64,000 bases of DNA. It comes from Eledone cirrhosa (Eukaryota). The DNA lies in the NCBI GenBank assembly GCA_964016885.1, contig OZ024740.1, positions 22,940,001-23,004,000 of the forward strand. Direction: 5' to 3'. Position numbers and translations under genes: made by a program. Below the pieces are notes generated by a model. It was not told the origin of the DNA. It worked only from the letters and a program-made list of their open reading frames with translations, and searched no databases. Shown here piece by piece: positions 54,161-64,000 of the stretch (position 1 is its first letter; the number at the start of each line of letters is the position of its first letter).

Positions 54161-57100
54161 GAACCAGTAGTAAGGAGATTCAGTGATGTTATATGAACCA
54201 GTAGTAACTAGATTCAGTGATGGTATATAAACCAGTGGTAAATATATTCAGTGATGTTATATAAACCAGTGGTAAGTAGATTAAATGATGGTATATAAAC
54301 CAGTGGTAAGTAGATTCAGTGATGGTATATGAATCAGTGGTAAGTAGATTCAGTGATGGTATATGAACCAGTGGTAAATAGATTCAGTGATGGTATATGA
54401 ACCAGTGGTAAGTAGATTCAGTGATGGTATATGAACCAGTCGTAAGTAGATTCAGTGATGGTATATGAGCCAGTAGTAAGTAGATTCAGTGATGGTATAT
54501 GAACCAGTAGCAAGTAGATTCAGTGATGGTATATGAACCAGTAGCAAGTAGATTCAGTGATGGTATATGAACCAGTAGCAAGTAGATTCAGTGATGGTAT
54601 ATGAACCAGTAGTAAGTAGATTCAGTGATGGTATATGAACCAGTGGTAAGTAGATTCAGTGATGGTATATAAACCAGTGGTAAGTAGATTCAGTGATGGT
54701 ATATGAACCATTGGTAAGCAGATTCAGTGATGGTATATGAACCAGTGTAAGTAGATTCAGTGATGGTATATGAACCAGTAGTAAGTAGATTCAGTGATGG
54801 TATATGAATCAGTGGTAAGTAGATTCAGTGATGGTATATGAACCAGTAGTAAGTGGATTCAGTGATGGTATATGAACCAGTGGTAAGTAGATTCAGTGAT
54901 GGTATATAAACCAGTGGTAAGTAGATTCAGTGATGGTATATGAACCAGTGCTAAATAGATTCAGTGATGATGTATGAATCAGTGGTAAGTAGATTCAGTG
55001 ATGGTATATGAACCAGTAGTAAGTAGATTCAGTGATGGTATATGAACCAGTGGTAAGTAGATTCAGTGATGGTATATAAACAAGTGGTAAGTAGATTCAG
55101 TGATTGTATATGAACAAGTAGTAAGTAGATTCAGTGATGGTATATAAACCAGTGGTAAGTAGATTCAGTGATGGTATATGAATGAGTGGTAAATATATTC
55201 AGTTATGGTATATAAACCAGTGGGAAGTAGATTCAGTGATGGCATATGAACCAGTGGTAAGTAGATTCAGTGATGGTATATGAACCACTGGTAAGTAGAT
55301 TCTGTGATGGCATATGAACCAGTGGTAAATATATTCAGTGATGGTATATAAACCAGTGGTAAGTAGATTCAGTGATGATATATGAATCAGTGGTAAGTGG
55401 ATTCAGTAATGGTATATGAACCAGTGGTAAGTTGATTCAGTGATGGTATATAAACCAGTGGAAAGTAGATTCAGTAATGGTATATAAACCAGTGGTAAGC
55501 AGATTCAGTGATGGTATATGAACCAGTGGTAAGTAGATTTAGTGATGGTATATGAACCAGTGGTAAGTAGATTCAGTGATGGTATATGAACCAGTGGTAA
55601 GTAGATTCAGTGAAGGTATATATACCACTAGTAAGTAGATTCGTTGATGGTATATAACCAGTGGTAAGTAGATTTAGTGATGGTATATAAACCAGTAGTA
55701 AGTAGATTCAGTGATGGTATATAAACCAGTAGTAAGTAGATTCAGTGATGGTATATGAACCAGTGGTAAGTAAATTGAGTGATGGTATATAAACCAGTGG
55801 TAAGTAGATTCAGTGATGGTATATGAACCAGTGGTAAGTAGATTCAGTGATGGTATATGAACCAGTGGTAAGTATAGTCAGTGATGGTATATGAACCAGT
55901 GGTAAATAGATTCAGTGATGGTATATGAACCAGTGGTAAGTAGATTCAGTGATAGTATATGAACCAGTGGTAAGTAGACTCATTGATGGTATATGAACCA
56001 GTGGAATGTAGATTCAGTGATGGTATATGAACCAGTGGTAAGTAGATTCAGTGATGGTATATGAACCAGTAGTAAGTAGATTCAGTGCTGATATATGAAT
56101 CAGTGGTATGTAGATTCAGTGATGGTATATGAACCAGTTGTAATTAGATGCAGTGATGGTATATAAATCAGTGTTAAGTAGATTCAGTGATGGTAAATGA
56201 ACCAGTGGTAAGTATATTCAGTGATGGTATATGAACCAGTGGTAAGTAGATTCAGTGATGGTATATGAACCAGTGGTAAGTAGATTCAGTGATGGTATAT
56301 GAACCAGTGGTAAGTAGATTCAGTGATGGTATATAAACCAGTGGTAAGTAGATTCAGTGATGGTATATGAACCAGTTGTAATTAGATTCAGTGATGGTAT
56401 ATAAACCAGTGGTAAGTAGATTCAGTGATGGTATATGAACCAGTGGTAAGTAGATTCAGTGATGGTATATGAACCAGTGGTAAGTAGATTCAGTGATGGT
56501 ATATGAACCAGTGGTAAGTATAGTCAGTGATGGTATATGAACCAGTGATAAATAGATTCAGTGATGGTATGTGAACCAGTGGTAAGTAGATTCAGTGATG
56601 GTATATGAACCAGTTGTAATTAGATGCAGTGATGGTATATAAATCAGTGTTAAGTAGATTCAGTGATGGTAAATGAACCAGTGGTAAGTATATTCAGTGA
56701 TGGTATATGAACCAGTGGTAAGTAGATTCAGTGATGGTATATGAACCAGTGGTAAGTAGATTCAGTGATGGTATATGAACCAGTGGTAAGTAGATTCAGT
56801 GATAGTATATGAACCAGTGGTAAGTAGATTCAGTGATGGTTTATGAACCAGTGGAATGTAGATTCAGTGATGGTATATGAACCAGTTGTCAGCAGATTCA
56901 GTGATGGTATATGAACCAGTGGTAAGTAGATTCAGTGATGGTATATAAACCACTGATAAGTAGATTTAGTTATAGTATATTAACCAGTGCTAAGTAGATC
57001 CAGCGATAGTATATGAACCAGTGGTAAATAGATTCAGTGATGGTATATTACCCAGTGATAAGTAGATTCATTGATGGTATATTAACCAGTGGTAAGTAGA

Positions 57101-57830
57101 TTCAGTGAAGGTATATTAACCAGTGGTAAGTAGATTCAGTGATGGTATATAAACCAGTAGTAAGTAGATCCAGTGATGGTATATGAACCAGTGGTAAGTA
57201 GATTCAGTGATGGTATATGAACCAGTAGTAACTAGATTCAGTGATGGTATATGAACCAGTGGTAAGTAAATTCAGTGATGGTATATGAACCAGTAGTAAG
57301 TAGATTCAGTGATGGTATATAAACCAGTGGTAAATAGATTCAGTGATGGTATATAAACCAGTGGTAAGTAGATTCAGTGATGGTATATGAATCAGTGGTA
57401 AGTAGATTCAGTGATGGTACATGAACCAGTGGTAAATAGATTCAGTGATGGTATGTGAACCAGTGGTAAGTAGATTCAGTGATGGTATGTGAACCAGTGG
57501 TAAGTAGATTCAGTGATGGTATAATAACAAGTGGCACGTAGATTCAGTGATGGTATATAACCCATTGGTAAGTAGATTCAGTGATGATATATGAACCAGG
57601 GGTAAATAGATTCAGTGATGGTATACGAACCAGTAGTAAGTAGATTCAGTGATGGTATATGAACCAGTAGCAAGTAGATTCAGTGATGGTATATGAACCA
57701 GTAGTAAGTAGATTCAGTGATGGTATATGAACCAGCAATAAGTAGATTCAGTGATGGTATATAAACCAGTGGTAAGTAGATTCAGTGATGGTATATAAAC
57801 CAGTAGTAAGTAGATTCAGTGATGGTATAT
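50430..57830. repeat. Tandem duplication of a ~3.7-kb block (offset 3,738, then 3,670)
   Basis: AAGGAGATT 50437/54175 (3,738); GTGCTAAAT 51278/54948, TTCGTTG 51972/55642 and GATCCAGCG 53330/57000 (3,670). Confidence 0.86.
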
Positions 57831-60800
57831 GAACCAGTGGTAAGTAGATTCAGTGATGGTATATAAACCAGTGGTAAGTAGACTCAGTGATGGTATATGA
57901 ACCATTGGTAAGCAGATTCAGTGATGGTATATGAACCAGTGTAAGTAGATTCAGTGATGGTATATGAACCAGTAGTAAGTAGATTCAGTGATGGTATATG
58001 AATCAGTGGTAAGTAGATTCAGTGATGGTATATGAACCAGTAGTAAGTAGATTCAGTGATGGTATATGAACCAGTGGTAAGTAGATTCAGTGATGGTATA
58101 TAAACCAGTGGTAAGTAGATTCAGTGATGGTATATGAACCAGTGCTAAATAGATTCAGTGATGATATATGAATCAGTGGTAAGTAGATTCAGTGATGGTA
58201 TATGAACCAGTAGTAAGTAGATTCAGTGATGGTATATGAACCAGTCGTAACTAGATTCAGTGATGGTATATAAACCAGTGGTAAGTAGATTCAGTGATGG
58301 TATATGAACAAGTAGTAAGTAGATTCAGTGATGGTATATAAACCAGTGGTAAGTAGATTCAGTGATGGTATATGAATGAGTGGTAAATATATTCAGTTAT
58401 GGTATATATACCAGTGGTAAGTAGATTCAGTGATGGCATATGAACCAGTGGTAAGTAGATTCAGTGATGGTATATAAACCAGTGGTAAGTAGATTCTGTG
58501 ATGGGATATGAACCAGTGGTAAATAGATTCAGTGATGGTATATAAACCAGTGGTAAGTAGATTCAGTGATGGTATATGAATCAGTGGTAAGTGGATTCAG
58601 TAATGGTATATGAACCAGTGGTAAGTTGATTCAGTGATGGTATATAAACCAGTGGAAAGTAGATTCAGTAATGGTATATAAACCAGTGGTAAGCAGATTC
58701 AGTGATGGTATATGAACCAGTGGTAAGTAGATTCAGTGATGGTATATGAACCAGTGGTAAGTAGATTCAGTGATGGTATATGAACCAGTGGTAAGTAGAT
58801 TCAGTGAAGGTATATAGACCACTAGTAAGTAGATTCGTTGATGGTATATAACCAGTGGTAAGTAGATTTAGTGATGGTATATAAACCAGTAGTAAGTAGA
58901 TTCAGTGATGGTATATGAACCAGTGGTAAGTAAATTGAGTGATGGTATATAAACCAGTGGTAAGTAGATTCAGTGATGGTATATGAACCAGTGGTAAGTA
59001 GATTCAGTGATGGTATATGAACCAGTGGTAAATAGATTCAGTGATGGCATATGAACCAGTGGTATGTAGATTCAGTGATGGTATATAAATCGGTGGTAAG
59101 TATATTCAGTGATGGTATATGAACCAGTGGTAAGTAGATTCAGTGATGGTATATGAACCAGTGGTAAGTAGATTCAGTGATGGTATATGAACCAGTAGTA
59201 ACTAGATTCAGTGATGGTATATGAACCAGTGGTAAGTAGATTCAGTGATGGTATATGAACCAGTGGTAAGTAGATTCAGTGATGGTATATAGACCACTAG
59301 TAAGTAGATTCGGTGATGGTATATAACCAGTGGTAAGTGGATTCAGTGATGTTATATGAACCAGTGGTAAGTAGATTCAATGATGGTATATAAACCAGTG
59401 GTAAGTAGATTCAGTGATGGTATATAAACCAGTAGTAAGTAGATTCAGTGATGGTATATGAACCAGTGGTAAGTGGATTCAGTGATGGTATATGAACCAG
59501 TGGTAAGTATATTCAGTGATGGTATATAAAACAGTGGTAAGTAGATTCAGTGATGGTATATAAACCAGTGGTAAGTAGATTCAGTGATGGTATATGAACC
59601 AGTGGTAAGTAGATTCAGTGATAGTATATGAACCAGTGGTAAGTAGATTCAGTGATGGTATATAAAACAGTGGTAAGTAGATTCAGTGATGGTATATGAA
59701 CCAGTCGTAAGTAGATTCAGTGATGGTATATGAACCAGTCGTAAGTAGATTCAGTGATGGTATATGAACCAGTCGTAAGTAGATTCAGTGATGATATATG
59801 AATCAGTGGTAAGTAGATTCAGTGATGGTATATGAGCCAGTGGTAAGTAGATTCTGTGATGGTATATAAACGAGTGGTAAGTAGATTCAGTGATGGTATA
59901 TGAACCAGTAGTAAGTAGATTCAGTGATGTTATATAAACCAGTGGTAAGTAGATTCAGTGATGGTATATGAACTAGTGGTAAATAGATTCAGTGATGGTA
60001 TATGAACCAGTGGTAAGTAGATTCAGTGATGGTATATGAACCAGTAGTAAGTAGATTCAGTGAAGGTATATAAACCAGTGGTAAGTAGATTCAGTGATGG
60101 TATATGTACCAGTGGTAAGTAGATTCAGTGATGGTATATGAACCAGTGGTAAGTAGATTCAGTGATGGTATATGAACCAGTGGTAAATAGATTCAGTGAT
60201 GTTATATTAACCAGTGCTAAGTAGATTCAGTGATTGTATATTAACCAGTGCTAAGTAGATTCAGTGATGGTATATGAACCCGTTGTAAGTAGATTCAGTG
60301 ATGATAAATAAACCAGTGGTAAGTAGATTTAGTGATGGTATATTAACCAGTGTTAAGTAGATCCAGCGATAGTATATGAACCAGTGGTAAATAGATTCAG
60401 TGATGGTATATGAACCAGTGCTATGTAGATTCAGTGAAGGTATATAAACCAGTGGTAAGTAGATTCAGTGATGGTATATTAACCAGTGGTAAGTAGATTC
60501 AGTGACGGTATATAAACCAGTGGTAAGTAGATTCAGTGATGGTATATAAACCAGTAGTAACTAGATCCAGTGATGGTATATGAACCAGTAGTAAGTAGAT
60601 CCAGTGATGGTATATGAACCAGTAGTAACTAGATTCAGTGATGGTATATGAACCAGTAGTAAGTAGATTCAGTGATGGTATATAAACCAGTGGTAAATAG
60701 ATTCTGTGATGGTATATACACCAGTGGTAAGTAGATTAAATGATGGTATATAAACCAGTGGTAAGTAGATTCAGTGATGGTATATAAATCAGTGGTAAGT

Positions 60801-63800
60801 AGATTCAGTGATGCTATATGAACCAGTGGTAAGTAGATTCAGTGATGTTATATGAACCAGTGGTAAGTAGATTCCGTGATGGTATAAGAACCAGTGGCAA
60901 GTAGATTCAGTGATGGTATATAAACCAGTGGTAAGTAGATTCAGTGATGATATATGAACCAGTGGTAAATAGATTCAGTGATGGTATATGAACCAGTAGT
61001 AAGTAGATTCAGTGATGGTATATAAACCAGTGGTAAGTAGATTCAGTGATGGTATATGAGCCAGTAGCAAGTAGATTCAGTGATGGTATATGAACCAGTA
61101 GTAAGTAGATTCAGTGATGGTATATGAACCAGCAATAAGTAGATTCAGTGATGGTATATAAACCAGTGGTAAGTAGATTCAGTGATGGTATATAAACCAG
61201 TAGTAAGTAGATTCAGTGATGGTATATGGACCAGTGGTAAGTAGATTCAGTGATGGTATATAAACCAGTGGTAAGTAGATTCAGTGATGGTATATGAACC
61301 AGTGGTAAGCAGATTCAGTGATGGTATATGAACCAGTGGTAAGTAGATTCAGTGATGGTATATGAACCAGTAGTAAGTAGATTCAGTGATGGTATATGAA
61401 TCAGTGGTAAGTAGATTCAGTGATGGTATATGAACCAGTACTAAGTAGATTCAGTGATGGTATATGGACCAGTGGTAAGTAGATTCAGTGATGGTATATG
61501 AACCAGTGGTAAGTAAATTCAGTGATGGTATATGAACCAGTAGTAAGTAGATTCAGTGATGGTATATAAACCAGTGGTAAGTAGATTCAGTGATGGTATA
61601 TGAACCAGTGGTAAGTAAATTCAGTGATGGTATATGAACCAGTAGTAAGTAAATTCAGTGATGGTATATAAACCAGTGGTAAGTAGATTCAGTGATGGTA
61701 TATGAACAAGTAGTAAGTAGATTCAGTGATGGTATATAAACCAGTGGTAAGTAGATTCAGTGATGGTATATGAATCAGTGGTAAGTAGATTCAGTAATGG
61801 TATATGAACCAGTGGTAAGTAGATTCAGTGATGGTATATAAACCAGTAGTAACTAGATCCAGTGATGGTTAATGAAGCAGTAGTAAGTAGATCCAGTGAT
61901 GGTATATGAACCAGTAGTAAGGAGATTCAGTGATGGTATATGAACCAGTAGTAACTAGATTCAGTGATGGTATATAAACCAGTGGTAAATATATTCAGTG
62001 ATGTTATATAAACCAGTGGTAAGTAGATTAAATGATGGTATATAAACCAGTGGTAAGTAGATTCAGTGATGGTATATGAATCAGTGGTAAGTAGATTCAG
62101 TGATGGTATATGAACCAGTGGTAAATAGATTCAGTGATGGTATATGAACCAGTGGTAAGTAGATTCAGTGATGGTATATGAACCAGTGGTAAGTAGATTC
62201 AGTGATGGTCTATGAACCAGTAGTAAGTAGATTCAGTGATGGTATATGAACCAGTGGTAAGTAGATTCAGTGATGGTATATAAACCAGTGGTAAGTAGAT
62301 TCAGTGATGATATATGAACCAGTGGTAAATTGATTCAGTGATGGTATACGAACCAGTAGTAAGTAGATTCAGTGATGGTATATGAACCAGTAGCAAGTAG
62401 ATTCAGTGATGGTATATGAACCAGTAGTAAGTAGATTCAGTGATGGTATATGAATCAGTGGTAAGTAGATTCAGTGATGGTATATGAACCAGTGGTAAGT
62501 AGATTCAGTGATGGTATATGAACCAGTAGTAAGTGGATTCAGTGATGGTATATGAACCAGTGGTAAGTAGATTCAGTGATGGTATATAAACCAGTGGTAA
62601 GTAGATTCAGTGATGGTATATGAACCAGTGCTAAATAGATTCAGTGATGATGTATGAATCAGTGGTAAGTAGATTCAGTGATGGTATATGAACCAGTAGT
62701 AAGTAGATTCAGTGATGGTATATGAACCAGTGGTAAGTAGATTCAGTGATGGTATATAAACAAGTGGTAAGTAGATTCAGTGATTGTATATGAACAAGTA
62801 GTAAGTAGATTCAGTGATGGTATATAAACCAGTGGTATGTAGATTCAGTGATGGTATATGAATGAGTGGTAAATATATTCAGTTATGGTATATAAACCAG
62901 TGGGAAGTAGATTCAGTGATGGCATATGAACCAGTGGTAAGTAGATTCAGTGATGGTATATGAACCACTGGTAAGTAGATTCTGTGATGGCATATGAACC
63001 AGTGGTAAATAGATTCAGTGATGGTATATAAACCAGTGGTAAGTAGATTCAGTGATGATATATGAATCAGTGGTAAGTGGATTCAATAATGGTATATGAA
63101 CCAGTGGTAAGTTGATTCAGTGATGGTATATAAACCAGTGGAAAGTAGATTCAGTAATGGTATATAAACCAGTGGTAAGCAGATTCAGTGATGGTATATG
63201 AACCAGTGGTAAGTAGATTCAGTGATGGTATATGAACCAGTGGTAAGTAGATTCAGTGATGGTATATGAACCAGTGGTAAGTAGATTCAGTGAAGGTATA
63301 TAGACCACTAGTAAGTAGATTCGTTGATGGTATATAACCAGTGGTAAGTAGATTTAGTGATGGTATATAAACCAGTAGTAAGTAGATTCAGTGATGGTAT
63401 ATAAACCAGTAGTAAGTAGATTCAGTGATGGTATATGAACCAGTGGTAAGTAAATTGAGTGATGGTATATAAACCAGTGGTAAGTAGATTCAGTGATGGT
63501 ATATGAACCAATGGTAAGTAGATTCAGTGATGGTATATGAACCAGTGGTAAGTATAGTCAGTGATGGTATATGAACCAGTGGTAAATAGATTCAGTGATG
63601 GTATATGAACCAGTGGTAAGTAGATTCAGTGATAGTATATGAACCAGTGGTAAGTAGACTCATTGATGGTATATGAACCAGTGGAATGTAGATTCAGTGA
63701 TGGTATATGAACCAGTGGTAAGTAGATTCAGTGATGGTATATGAACCAGTAGTAAGTAGATTCAGTGCTGATATATGAATCAGTGGTATGTAGATTCAGT

Positions 63801-64000
63801 GATGGTATATGAACCAGTTGTAATTAGATGCAGTGATGGTATATAAATCAGTGTTAAGTAGATTCAGTGATGGTAAATGAACCAGTGGTAAGTATATTCA
63901 GTGATGGTATATGAACCAGTGGTAAGTAGATTCAGTGACGGTATATGAATCAGTGGTAAGTAGATTCAGTGATGGTATATGAACCAGTGGTAAGTAGATT
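54570..64000. repeat. At least 9.4-kb near-identical duplicate of ~6010-15441 (offset 48,559), running off the window end
   Basis: TTCGTTG 7083/55642, 10277/58836, 14763/63322. Rare variants also match: GGTCTATG 13651/62210, ATTCAATAAT 14522/63081, AACCAATGG ~14951/63510, GTGACGGTATATGAATC ~15376/63935. Confidence 0.92.

Larger units (their letters stand above)
1..64000. repeat. 34-bp tandem satellite array, about 1,883 monomers, consensus GAACCAGTGGTAAGTAGATTCAGTGATGGTATAT; continues beyond both window edges
   Basis: The period is visible directly, e.g. TAGATT at 63961 and 63995. Every line of the window is this unit with scattered substitutions. The phase from base 1 to the monomer starting at 63981 fits 1,883 x 34 minus 36 bp. 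No spacer or inverted segment was seen. Confidence 0.99.

Noticed and set aside
1-64000. CRISPR array (34 bp is within the CRISPR repeat size range)
   Set aside because: Units abut directly with no unique spacers, and there is no leader or cas gene.
1-64000. Array of 34-bp recombinase sites (loxP/FRT-like) or plasmid iterons
   Set aside because: The monomer lacks the 13-8-13 inverted-repeat layout, and there is no recombinase or rep gene. The copy number is far beyond iteron arrays.
1-64000. Telomerase-synthesised telomeric repeat (G-rich strand bias)
   Set aside because: Variants are inherited in kb-long blocks, which indicates DNA-templated duplication rather than repeated copying of one RNA template. 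No chromosome end is visible. A subtelomeric location is not excluded.
1-64000. Fixed short higher-order period (e.g. 5 x 34 = 170 bp nucleosome unit) or a code in the two common G/A dimorphisms
   Set aside because: I saw no regular short periodicity in the variants. Their order is explained by block duplication. An autocorrelation of variant states would settle it.
1-64000. TATA-like promoters (TATATAAA in the A-variant monomers) and G-quadruplexes
   Set aside because: TATATAAA recurs hundreds of times as a one-base variant with nothing downstream to transcribe. G runs are almost all only GG with long loops.
1-64000. Pure sequencing artefact such as a rolling-circle concatemer
   Set aside because: Variants are reproducible, hierarchical and in register across distant blocks, unlike random read error. 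Individual duplications could still be assembly errors.

Overview
The whole 64-kb window is one uninterrupted head-to-tail satellite array of a 34-bp monomer (consensus GAACCAGTGGTAAGTAGATTCAGTGATGGTATAT, 13/34 GC, about 1,880 copies, one orientation). I see no genes, RNA genes, CRISPR spacers, transposon insertions or unique DNA. The four ORFs supplied are by-products of the repeat. The array is most likely eukaryotic satellite or heterochromatin; I cannot name the organism or satellite family. The informative signal is the order of variant monomers, which shows several nested levels. The monomer is two related CAGTG-starting halves (16+18 bp). Monomers form subunits of about 3.2-4.5 kb in two old types. 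These pair into a higher-order unit of about 7.7-8.1 kb. On top are recent near-identical block duplications at offsets of 2,515, ~3,700, 8,937, ~9,990, 11,621, 24,331, 35,952 and 48,559 bp. Length is tightly conserved (only 1-bp deletions seen) and variants are mostly G>A/C>T. All coordinates and offsets were read by eye from marker variants, so block boundaries are good only to within a few monomers. I found no support for a new gene-encoded system.
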